A stretch of DNA of 64,000 nt from a virus: the UHGV virus genome UHGV-1384413; one strand, 5' to 3'. Shown piece by piece: positions 9,353 through 16,550 of the stretch. Numbering within the stretch: the stretch's first letter is position 1; every line of letters begins with the position of its first letter. The translations under genes and the position numbers were made by a program. Under the pieces are notes generated by a model. That model was given only the letters and a program-made list of their open reading frames with translations, searched no databases and was not told the origin of the DNA.

Positions 9353-9381
9353 TTGAAATTAACAAAACAGTTAGGTATACT
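9353..9381 (+). promoter_or_regulatory. sigma70-like promoter upstream of kinase gene
   Basis: TTGAAA, 17 bp, TATACT; about 30 bp upstream of the 9410 start. Confidence 0.45.
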
Positions 9382-9409
9382 ATCATTAAAATTAAAACGG
9401 AGAGTTACT

Positions 9410-9820
9410 ATGTCTAAAATGCTATATATCGTGCGTGGTCTACCAGGGTCTGGCAAATCAACACTGGCAAATGCGCTATCTTTAGAAGGTCTGTATCCAC
9501 ATTTTGAGAACGATATGTTCTGGTACGACGATGACGGCAATTACAATTGGGATGCAAGTAAAGTAACACTTGCAGCAAAATGGTGCAAAGATAACGTAGA
9601 AGATATGATGCGTATGGGCTACGACCGTATCGTGGTAAGTAATACGTTTACAAAAGAAAAATATGTGCAAGAATATATTGACATGGCGATCAGTCATGGA
9701 TATAGTTATACCGTGATCGTGGTTGAAAACCGCCATGGTAATAAAAGCATTCATGATGTTCCAGACAGGGTTGTGGATCGTATGGAACGCCAGCTTAAAA
9801 ACTGCATTAAACTTAAATGA
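9410..9820 (+). CDS. polynucleotide kinase (P-loop)
   Basis: 136 aa from ATG 9410 with RBS acggagag; Walker A GLPGSGKST at the N-terminus; the track start 9254 is rejected. Confidence 0.6.
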   Translation: MSKMLYIVRGLPGSGKSTLANALSLEGLYPHFENDMFWYDDDGNYNWDASKVTLAAKWCKDNVEDMMRMGYDRIVVSNTFTKEKYVQEYIDMAISHGYSYTVIVVENRHGNKSIHDVPDRVVDRMERQLKNCIKLK

Positions 9821-9827
9821 GGAATGT

Positions 9828-10382
9828 ATGAAATACTTTGTAACAAGCGACACACACTTTCTCCACCAGCGGGTAATGGAGTTCGACTCATGTCAAAAAC
9901 ACAGATCTCAGTATGATCACAATCTTGACAGTATGAATGCGGGAATCATCACCAAGTGGAACTCTGTTGTGTCACCTGCAGACACTGTGTTTCACTTGGG
10001 GGATATTGCGTGCACTAATGATAAGAATATCAACAAATTGCTTCCAGATGTTCTAAATATGTTGAACGGACATATTATTCTTGTTCGTGGTAACCATGAC
10101 ACAAGGACGACTGTCAGAATTATGAAAGAGTTCGGTCATGAGGTTGTAGATTATTACGAGCTTCGCCACAACAAGAATTTGATCTGTATGAGCCATTACC
10201 AGTTTGCAAAGTGGAACAGAAAGCCTCACGGATCAGTCCAACTGTTCGGTCATGCTCACGGAACCACACAGCAGTTGTTTGGCAGGCAGTTTGATGTCGG
10301 TTGGGATGTGTGGGGGAGACTCTTACCATTAGAAGAGGCATACCGTATTGCAATGAGTCTTGCTATTGACAGCGGGGAGTAA
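9828..10382 (+). CDS. metallophosphoesterase (calcineurin-like), candidate RNA 3'-phosphatase / 2',3'-cyclic phosphodiesterase
   Basis: 184 aa from ATG 9828 with RBS gaggaa; complete MPE signature SDTHF, HLGDI, GNHD, GHAHG. Confidence 0.7.
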   Translation: MKYFVTSDTHFLHQRVMEFDSCQKHRSQYDHNLDSMNAGIITKWNSVVSPADTVFHLGDIACTNDKNINKLLPDVLNMLNGHIILVRGNHDTRTTVRIMKEFGHEVVDYYELRHNKNLICMSHYQFAKWNRKPHGSVQLFGHAHGTTQQLFGRQFDVGWDVWGRLLPLEEAYRIAMSLAIDSGE

Positions 10383-10429
10383 TCCCTGCTATTTTAAAGA
10401 AAATTGCCACACAAGGAGAATCAGGAGAT

Positions 10430-10780
10430 ATGAAAGATGGGGATAAGCTGCTATATCTTAAAGTCCCCCTTGAAATACTGTCTATGTCAAAAGTTTTGAA
10501 TGACACAACTGGGGAGGTTGTTGTTCTTGACTTATATGACAAGATCGTATACTGCTACCTGCACAACTGGTATAAGCTTGGAGAAAATTCACGCTTCACA
10601 CCCAGCACAAGGAAAATTGCAGCAGATGTTGGGATAAAGAAAACAAAAGCAGCAGCGTGCGTTAAAACTTTAGAATGTGCAGGAGTGGTTGAAATATCCA
10701 CACAAGGGAGAGGTAAAAGATGCACATTTTCCAAAGTTTTGCCACCAGAAGAAGTTATTCGAATGTCAACAACTGGTTAG
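10430..10780 (+). CDS. winged-helix DNA-binding protein (possible iteron-binding regulator or initiator)
   Basis: 116 aa; helix-turn-helix-like STRKIAADVGIKKTKAAACVKTLECAGVV; sits directly upstream of the palindromic repeat array. Confidence 0.4.
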   Translation: MKDGDKLLYLKVPLEILSMSKVLNDTTGEVVVLDLYDKIVYCYLHNWYKLGENSRFTPSTRKIAADVGIKKTKAAACVKTLECAGVVEISTQGRGKRCTFSKVLPPEEVIRMSTTG

Positions 10781-10855
10781 ACCAGTAAAAACTTAAACAT
10801 CTGTACTATAAGGATTTGTATGTTTTATGTTCACTCTGGAACAGAGGTTAGTAAC

Positions 10856-10936
10856 TGTCCGTGATACGGACACTACTGTCCGTCACGCGGACACATCTGC
10901 CCGTAGTACGGACACTAACTGTCCGTGATACGGACA
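10856..10936. repeat. array of four imperfect palindromic iterons, GTCCG-N5-CGGAC, on a 21-22 bp period
   Basis: Half-site starts at 10857, 10878, 10899 (gcccg variant) and 10921; units 1 and 4 are identical (taactgtccgtgatacggacac). Confidence 0.8.
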
Positions 10937-11075
10937 CATAAAGAATATAACTAAAATAACTAAATAATAAAAATAAAAGATCTAGCACTTATGGTACTAA
11001 AGTACATATACTTAACTTATGTAGAATATACTAGATCCTAAGTACCATGTTTTAAATTTATTACTTATTACTTAT
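10937..11075. other. AT-rich tract with short direct repeats (possible DNA unwinding element)
   Basis: ataactaaaataactaaataataaaaataaaag and ttattacttattacttatta; no ORF on either strand. Confidence 0.4.
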
Positions 11076-11300
11076 TATGGGTAGTGTCGGCCCTTCATTG
11101 GCACTCGCCTACGAGGGGCGAGATGCCGGGCCTCCGTAGTGCACACAATAACAGAAGTGCATACATGCAGGACTGTTAACATGTGTGGGAGCGAAGCGAT
11201 AGCGCAGGCCAAAGGCCGAGCACTAATGTGGATCACCGACGAAAGCTTGCCAGCGCCGGAAGGAGTCGGTTGAGAGCCTCCCGCGCGAGTTCTGATAAAG
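11076..11300. other. GC-rich ORF-free segment with multiple hairpins (candidate structured RNA or cis-element)
   Basis: Local inverted repeats ctcgcc..ggcgag and ggcc aaa ggcc; composition contrasts sharply with the flanking AT-rich DNA; no ORF of 60 aa or more. Confidence 0.3.
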
Positions 11301-11447
11301 TTTATGTGTGGAAACTGACAAGAAGGCTCCTAAATCGCTCCACAGCTATATAAACTATACCAAGTAAGGCAATCGCACCAGTTTGATAGAAAAGCTCGTT
11401 ACAAAGCGATACAGTGAGTTTTTCTATAACTTGAAGAGGAGGCTGCT

Positions 11448-12026
11448 ATGAGTTCACGCAAAGATGCCCGTGAAAAGATTGCAAAACGTTATCAGGATGA
11501 AGAACAGATGGAGAAAACTTTCAAGTGGAAGCCAGGTTTCCAGCGTAATCATTCTAACGCCCGTGATCGTAAGCATCCTGATAAGTGGCTAACACCGCCA
11601 AATGATGGCATGCAGGTTGGTGATGAGAAGGAGCTATCACCTGGAAAAGATGGCAACTACATTCGCACTAAGGACGCCAGTCCAAAGGATGACAGCTATC
11701 TTGTAGATAAGGTTCTTGATGGTATTGATGTAGATGTTGACACTGCACGAAACCTTTTTCTTGGTTGGTATCGTACAGGGTTTTTCGACATCAAGGCTAT
11801 TCGTCGTGTTTGTGATATTAAAAAGTCTGCATATGATGACGACTCGTTACATCGCACCCTGAGACAATATTCAGAAAGATATGGTCATCCGGTTATCACT
11901 CTTGACGATGTTAACGAAGTGATGTATCATGCAGAGGTTGTTGCAGGCAGATTTGGTGATGCATATCTTGATATCCTTTCTGCAAACGATGAGGTAATGT
12001 TGAATAAGATTTACTATGAACGTTGA
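11448..12026 (+). CDS. hypothetical protein
   Basis: 192 aa; RBS gaggagg upstream of the ATG. Confidence 0.45.
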   Translation: MSSRKDAREKIAKRYQDEEQMEKTFKWKPGFQRNHSNARDRKHPDKWLTPPNDGMQVGDEKELSPGKDGNYIRTKDASPKDDSYLVDKVLDGIDVDVDTARNLFLGWYRTGFFDIKAIRRVCDIKKSAYDDDSLHRTLRQYSERYGHPVITLDDVNEVMYHAEVVAGRFGDAYLDILSANDEVMLNKIYYER

Positions 12027-12225
12027 GGAGAGCTTAATGAACAATCCGGTAGCAAAGAACTGTAATAAGTTCAACAAGTCTGCAATTCACACCGACAGGA
12101 AAAAGAGCTGGTCACCGGACATTGACGAGGAGCTTGAGAATTACTTTGAAGATCTAGTCACCAATGCAGGTGAGGTTGCGATTAAAGAATACGCAGACAG
12201 GAAGGATAAGGCCGGAATCTGTTGA
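12016..12225 (+). CDS. hypothetical protein
   Basis: 69-aa ORF overlapping the preceding stop. Confidence 0.3.
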   Translation: MNVEESLMNNPVAKNCNKFNKSAIHTDRKKSWSPDIDEELENYFEDLVTNAGEVAIKEYADRKDKAGIC

Positions 12226-12272
12226 CAAAAATAATGTTACCTGATAAGATCTGCAATATGATGTGATACAAT
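12222..12272 (+). promoter_or_regulatory. promoter region (TTGACA-17-TAAGAT, plus downstream TGATACAAT extended -10)
   Basis: TTGACA 12222-12227 and TAAGAT 12245-12250; TGATACAAT 12264-12272 is identical to the motif at 30669. Confidence 0.4.
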
Positions 12273-12301
12273 TTTAACTTACGAGGTCTACAGGTAATGC
12301 T

Positions 12302-12544
12302 ATGTTTAAGGTTAAGCTCGTTTTCCGTTCCATGAATGAGGATTATTTAGAAGATGAAGGTGAATTTCGTGCACTAGATGATGCAATAGATTTTGCCAAC
12401 GACTTAGCTTGTATGAATACTGGTTATGGTTTATGTTGTTGGGATGGTGGTGTTCAGATTGGTGATAGCAAGATCTTCTACTTCTACCCTGAGCCCGATA
12501 ACAAACAAATTAAGTATGTTTTATTTATTTGTGCTTTACAATAA
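12302..12544 (+). CDS. hypothetical protein
   Basis: 80-aa ORF. Confidence 0.4.
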   Translation: MFKVKLVFRSMNEDYLEDEGEFRALDDAIDFANDLACMNTGYGLCCWDGGVQIGDSKIFYFYPEPDNKQIKYVLFICALQ

Positions 12545-12832
12545 GGTTGTTTTCGTGTATCATGATGAATATCCAATTTAAAGATGAGTTTGATGGCTTT
12601 ATCTCCGGATGCTTTGAAACAGGGTTCGGAGAAGACTGAGTTCCCCTTAGAGGGCTTGATAGTGCACCACACTTAAAATGGTAGGGGCAGCCAGCACATG
12701 ACGATGTGACCCCAGCCAACCTGTAATAAGGTCGAGCCAGAGCGCGGTAATGGGTATCTGGTAACCCACTTGTTGGGTCTTGCTGGTCCAGGACGCTGGG
12801 CAAGTCGCAGGGAATACCACCCTGCGGCGAAC
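12545..12832. other. GC-rich non-coding island (candidate structured RNA)
   Basis: No plus-strand ORF; all three minus frames stay open with Pro/Arg/Ser-rich low-complexity translations (track ORFs 12484-12954); perfect hairpin cgcaggg-aatacca-ccctgcg at 12806-12826. Confidence 0.35.
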
Positions 12833-12861
12833 TTGACAATCAGTATTTGCCGTGATAAAAT
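12833..12861 (+). promoter_or_regulatory. consensus sigma70 promoter with extended -10
   Basis: TTGACA 12833-12838, 17-bp spacer, TGaTAAAAT ending at 12861. Confidence 0.55.
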
Positions 12862-12889
12862 CCACCTATCACGTGATAATGGAGGAAAC

Positions 12890-13228
12890 ATGGCGGATAC
12901 AACTAAAAAGCGTCGCCGTAGAGGCAGACCTCTGAAAGAGGAGTCCAACGCCATTCAGCTAGAGAAGAACATTCTTGATATGAAGGAATCTTTTATAGCG
13001 ATGGTTCCAGAAGCTCACAAAGTTTTAAGAGAGCTGATGTTGGACCCGAAAACCAAACAAAATATTCGTCAAAGCATTGCAGAGTATGTTCTTGATAAGG
13101 CAGACCGAATGCAGGAAGAATATGATGAGATGTTTGGTGAAGAGGAAGAGGTGGTAGTAGAAGAGGCTGAAAAACCAGCACCTTTTATGCCATTTACCAC
13201 AGAAATACAGCCTGTTGGCAATAGTTAA
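12890..13228 (+). CDS. small DNA-binding-like protein with basic N-terminus and acidic C-terminus (terminase small subunit candidate, speculative)
   Basis: Start moved to ATG 12890 (RBS ggagga, promoter at 12833); MADTTKKRRRRGRPLK AT-hook-like N-terminus; track start 12770 lies in the GC island. Confidence 0.4.
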   Translation: MADTTKKRRRRGRPLKEESNAIQLEKNILDMKESFIAMVPEAHKVLRELMLDPKTKQNIRQSIAEYVLDKADRMQEEYDEMFGEEEEVVVEEAEKPAPFMPFTTEIQPVGNS

Positions 13229-13237
13229 AATATTTTC

Positions 13238-13266
13238 TTGACAAACTTTGCTTAACAGTGTAATAT
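13238..13266 (+). promoter_or_regulatory. sigma70-like promoter for the tRNA cluster
   Basis: TTGACA 13238-13243, 17 bp, TAATAT 13261-13266. Confidence 0.5.
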
Positions 13267-13324
13267 TGTAAACATGGTCTCCCACCTTTTCTGGCGGCTC
13301 AGGTGTAAAAGAAAGCCACCCAGT

Positions 13325-13399
13325 GCCCTGTTAGCTTAGTGGATAAAGCAGCGGCCTTCTAAGCCGTTGACACTGGTTCGAGTCCAGTACGGGGTGCCA
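13325..13399 (+). tRNA. tRNA-Arg (anticodon TCT)
   Basis: Manual cloverleaf: acceptor gccctgt/acggggt, D stem gctt/aagc, anticodon loop cuUCUaa, T loop ttcgagt, CCA encoded. Confidence 0.7.
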
Positions 13400-13403
13400 A
13401 ATT

Positions 13404-13490
13404 GGGGAGTTATCCCGTAGAGGTAGCGGTGTAGACTGTAAATCTATTGTCATTGCGACTCGGGTGGTTCGACTCCACCACTCCCCACCA
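13404..13490 (+). tRNA. tRNA-Tyr (anticodon GTA), long variable arm
   Basis: Acceptor ggggagt/actcccc, anticodon loop cuGUAaa, variable arm tgtcattgcgactcg, T loop ttcgact, CCA encoded; D stem imperfect. Confidence 0.65.
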
Positions 13491-13604
13491 AATTTACATT
13501 TTTAAATGCATAAATTATACAGATAATGACATTGATATTTATCGTCGTTTATACTAGTCACTAACTGCTCGAAAATCAGTGTCATTATCAGTGTAATTTA
13601 TAAA

Positions 13605-13695
13605 GGAGAGTAGGGAGCAATGGTGCTCAAGCGGTCTTGAAAACCGTCCCATTGAGGACGACTTGATGATGGTTCGATTCCATTACTCTCCGCCA
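13605..13695 (+). tRNA. tRNA-Ser (anticodon TGA), long variable arm
   Basis: Acceptor ggagagt/actctcc, anticodon stem gcggt/accgt with loop cuUGAaa, 20-nt variable arm, T loop ttcgatt, CCA encoded. Confidence 0.65.
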
Positions 13696-13793
13696 TATTG
13701 TTAACCTTGTAATTAAGCGAAAGCCGGAAGCAGAACCGGATTATCAAATGTTACAGTCGTCATCGCCGACTAGCAACATGGTTAACATTATTC

Positions 13794-13890
13794 GCTAGGT
13801 AAGCCCTTTGGCAAGGGCGAGGATTTTTAATCCTGAAAATAGACGAGGTAGTCGTTGAATACATAGGTGGTTCGATTCCATCACCTAGCA
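13794..13890 (+). tRNA. atypical tRNA-like gene (best fit anticodon TTT, Lys-like) with ~30-nt variable region
   Basis: Perfect 7-bp acceptor gctaggt/acctagc and canonical T arm ggtgg-ttcgatt-ccatc, but the anticodon arm is 4 bp plus a G.G pair around loop uuUUUaa, followed by a 30-nt stem-loop region; no CCA. Confidence 0.4.
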
Positions 13891-13896
13891 CCTTTT

Positions 13897-13972
13897 GCTG
13901 ATGTAGCACAATTGGCAGTGCAATTGATTTGTAATCAATAGGTTGCAGGTTCAAGTCCTGCCATCAGCACCA
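13897..13972 (+). tRNA. tRNA-Thr (anticodon TGT)
   Basis: Acceptor gctgatg/catcagc, anticodon stem attga/tcaat with loop uuUGUaa, T arm gcagg-ttcaagt-cctgc, CCA encoded. Confidence 0.7.
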
Positions 13973-13973
13973 T

Positions 13974-14048
13974 GGCCCTGTAGCTGGAAGGTTCAAGCAA
14001 GCGACTCATAATCGCCAGACGGTGGTTCAATTCCACCCAGGGCCACCA
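13974..14048 (+). tRNA. tRNA-Met or tRNA-Ile2 (anticodon CAT)
   Basis: Acceptor ggccctg/cagggcc, anticodon loop cuCAUaa, T arm ggtgg-ttcaatt-ccacc, CCA encoded. Confidence 0.65.
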
Positions 14049-14059
14049 AATAATAAATA

Positions 14060-14136
14060 CTCCGCGTAGCTCAGCTTGGTAGAGCGCCTGATTTGGGATC
14101 AGGAGGTCGAGTGTTCGAATCACTCCGTGGAGACCA
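14060..14136 (+). tRNA. tRNA-Pro (anticodon TGG)
   Basis: Acceptor ctccgcg/cgtggag, D arm gctcagcttggtagagc, anticodon stem cctga/tcagg with loop uuUGGga, CCA encoded. Confidence 0.7.
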
Positions 14137-14182
14137 CCTTTAGTTATACTTTAAATATATACACACAAAAGGAACCTTTAAA

Positions 14183-14452
14183 ATGTATACACTTAAAATT
14201 GTAGAACGTGTAAATCCAACCCATACTTTAGATCTTCGTGACGATTTCAACCCTCTTGCTGTAAATCTTCGAGAGTCGTATCATGAACTAAGCTGCGATG
14301 CAGTTGTGGTCTTCTTTGAAGACAACTCTGAAGGGGCAGTAGCTTGTGTTGTTGATAGCGAGCAGAAGTTTTATATTTACAGAGATGTGGATGCTTACTT
14401 GATGAATGAGAATGCGGTTACTGTCAGAATCATCCACCGAGTGCCTCGATAA
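14183..14452 (+). CDS. hypothetical protein
   Basis: 89-aa ORF with RBS aaaggaacc; followed by a hairpin terminator. Confidence 0.45.
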   Translation: MYTLKIVERVNPTHTLDLRDDFNPLAVNLRESYHELSCDAVVVFFEDNSEGAVACVVDSEQKFYIYRDVDAYLMNENAVTVRIIHRVPR

Positions 14453-14505
14453 GTATTAGTCTCCTTTTAGTTAGTTTCGATCTATTTAGGTTACTCAATT
14501 TTAAC

Positions 14506-14540
14506 CCGCCCCGTTAGCTGTATAGCTGCGGGGTTTTTTC
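14506..14540 (+). terminator. rho-independent terminator
   Basis: ccccg..cgggg stem followed by TTTTTT. Confidence 0.5.
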
Positions 14541-14558
14541 GTTTCTGGAGCCTTAAAA

Positions 14559-14957
14559 ATGATTTCAGTTTTAACATTGATGAGTAAACACAGAGGGATC
14601 ATAAAAGGTTTAGTTTTTGCAGCGGCTATAGGCATGGCTTATCTTGGGGCCGTGTATTGGTTTAACTCTAAGCTCAATGATGCTTATCAAGAAGGTGTGT
14701 TAGCAACAGAGTTAAAGTGGGAACGGATCCTTGACCAACAACAAAAGCAGGCCGACAAAATTAAAATGGGCCACGCAGAGGAGGTTAAAAACCTTGAAAA
14801 ATCTCTTTCTGATCTACAGGATAAATTAAATATGGCTGAGAAGGCAGGTAAAGAAAAGCAGATTATCTACCTCCAATCTCCTGAAGGTAAGAAGTCAACA
14901 CTTCCTGATCAGCTAATAGATATTTATAATGAGAGTATCAATCAGGAGGTTCGATGA
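14559..14957 (+). CDS. i-spanin-like protein (inner-membrane anchored, coiled-coil)
   Basis: 132 aa; N-terminal TMD GLVFAAAIGMAYLGAVYWF then charged helical periplasmic region; stop overlaps the next start (ATGA). Confidence 0.5.
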   Translation: MISVLTLMSKHRGIIKGLVFAAAIGMAYLGAVYWFNSKLNDAYQEGVLATELKWERILDQQQKQADKIKMGHAEEVKNLEKSLSDLQDKLNMAEKAGKEKQIIYLQSPEGKKSTLPDQLIDIYNESINQEVR

Positions 14958-15241
14958 GAGTTACTGCACTGGTTGTTTTGTGCTTGTTATTGTGTGGGTG
15001 TGCAACCAGCGTTGAGAGAGAATACAAGATTGACCCTCCGGATGTAGGAAGGTTGATTGTTAAACCTCCCGAGGGTGCTATGAAACCACCTGCTAAAGCT
15101 ATCCCTTTGAAGAAAGGTGCGCCAGATGCGGTGAATTCTGGCATTATGAGGGATAATAACCTGTCTTGTAGTAATGATAGGGCTAAATTGATCATTTTGC
15201 AAGACTATATAAGAACACTGTTTCCAAAGGAGAGAGGTTAA
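14954..15241 (+). CDS. o-spanin-like lipoprotein
   Basis: 95 aa; signal peptide ending in lipobox-like LLCGC, proline-rich mature part; coupled to the i-spanin gene. Confidence 0.5.
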   Translation: MRVTALVVLCLLLCGCATSVEREYKIDPPDVGRLIVKPPEGAMKPPAKAIPLKKGAPDAVNSGIMRDNNLSCSNDRAKLIILQDYIRTLFPKERG

Positions 15242-15666
15242 TGTCTAAGATTTACGGACCGTGTTCTGAAAAGCAGAAGATGATCCTAGAGAACGATGCA
15301 GATATTTTGGTGATCGGAGGTGCAGCTGGGTCTGGCAAGTCGTTCCTCTTGCAGCTAATGCCGCTTAAAATTATTGATGACCCGCACAGCTCTGTGGTTA
15401 TGTTCCGAAGAACAACTCCCCAGTTGGAAGGTGAGGGTGGGCTATGGCCTAAAGCAGTAGCTATTTACAGTGATCTGCCTGAAAACATTAAACCAAAGTT
15501 CAGAGAGAAGGATCATAAGTTTATTTTTCCACGGTTTGATCCGAGCACTGGCAAGTGGGATAGGAGCAAAAAGGGGGCCGTTGTAAAATACTGCCACATG
15601 GAGTATGTCCAAGATAAGCTTAACCATCAAGGCCTTGAGTACACCATGGTTTGCTTCGATGAGGGT
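15241..15666 (+). CDS. terminase large subunit, ATPase N-terminal part (exon 1)
   Basis: Walker A GGAAGSGKS; ORF ends straight after Walker B MVCFDEG with TAA at 15667. Confidence 0.7.
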
Positions 15667-16550
15667 TAATTTGTAGCTCTCGTAAAACCTCCCTAATTGC
15701 GGGGAAATCTTTATTATTGACACCACCAACCTGTCATGGTAACATGATAGAGGCTTCGAAGAGAGATCGAAGGTATGGTAACAGTGTGTTAATTTAGATA
15801 ATCCGCAGCGAAGCATCCGAGAGGATGAACGTTCAACGACTAGTCGAAAGACGTAGAATCAAGCGATTCGAAACGGGAGGGTGAATGTGTAATACTAAAA
15901 AAATGTATGGATTGCCAAAGAGTTCTGCCTCTTGATGATTTCTTTTTATCATCTAAGAGCAAGGATGGATACTCAGGTACATGCAAGGAATGCTATATGT
16001 ACTACAGGAAGAATGGATCTCGTAGAAACAAAAATATGGTTAAGAGAGATGATGCAGCATCTTTTGTTCAAGACTTGCTGAAGAAAGGTGAGCTTTTTGA
16101 ATGTAAATCTTGTCATGAAAGTATGCTTGCTGATAGTTTTTACACAAAGCGTGACTATGGTAAAGTGTATCTGGTTACGAACAGGTGTAAGATGTGTGAA
16201 AAGTTTTATCAGATTGAGAAGAAATTTCACATAACAAAAGATGAATACTATCGTTTACTCTCAGATCAAGATCATAAGTGTGCCATTTGTAGAATATCTC
16301 TTGATGAGTATAGGACGCAAGGGTACAGAGATTTCTTTTGTGTTGATCATGACCATAAAACTGGTGCTGTAAGAGGGTTGCTTTGTGATAAATGCAACAG
16401 AGCTTTAGGGTTCTTCCAAGAGGATGAGGAAACCATTCTTAGAGCAGCAGAGTATTTGCACATTCATAAGATATAGTCTGGTCTGCATGGAGACATGCAG
16501 CTGCCTGAAAATGGCGGGGCAAGACTAGCGACCTTGCCCGAACATAAACG
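15667..16550 (+). mobile_element. probable group I intron (boundaries approximate) carrying an HNH homing endonuclease ORF
   Basis: Interrupts the terminase reading frame right after Walker B; ORF-free flanks 15667-15906 and 16477-16550 contain hairpins such as gggcaag/cttgccc; stop at the 5' junction, candidate omega-G at 16550. Confidence 0.5.
15907..16476 (+). CDS. HNH homing endonuclease
   Basis: 189 aa; several CxxC pairs and canonical FCVDHDHKTGAVRGLLCDKCNRALG HNH core. Confidence 0.75.
   Translation: MDCQRVLPLDDFFLSSKSKDGYSGTCKECYMYYRKNGSRRNKNMVKRDDAASFVQDLLKKGELFECKSCHESMLADSFYTKRDYGKVYLVTNRCKMCEKFYQIEKKFHITKDEYYRLLSDQDHKCAICRISLDEYRTQGYRDFFCVDHDHKTGAVRGLLCDKCNRALGFFQEDEETILRAAEYLHIHKI

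Noticed and set aside
9254-9409. Track starts 9254 and 9723 for the kinase and phosphatase genes
   Set aside because: Both long versions overlap the upstream gene or promoter; internal ATGs with good RBS at 9410 and 9828 start exactly at the Walker A and metallophosphoesterase motifs
10856-10936. Possible CRISPR array
   Set aside because: The repeats are palindromic 15-mers on a 21-bp period with no 25-40 bp unique spacers and no cas genes nearby; this is iteron or operator architecture
12770-12889. Track start of the 12770-13228 ORF
   Set aside because: The upstream 40 codons fall in the GC island and contain the promoter; ATG 12890 with RBS ggagga and a promoter at 12833-12861 is the better start
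12484-12954. Four overlapping minus-strand ORFs (62-104 aa) from the track
   Set aside because: They occupy all three frames of the same GC-rich segment, give low-complexity Pro/Arg/Ser translations and have no RBS; they look like stop-codon-poor non-coding DNA
13760-14123. Minus-strand ORFs 13760-13954 and 13935-14123
   Set aside because: They lie antisense across the tRNA genes; their open frames are a by-product of tRNA sequence
15667-16550. Retron or reverse-transcriptase element within the terminase insert
   Set aside because: The only ORF is an HNH endonuclease; no reverse transcriptase motifs are present
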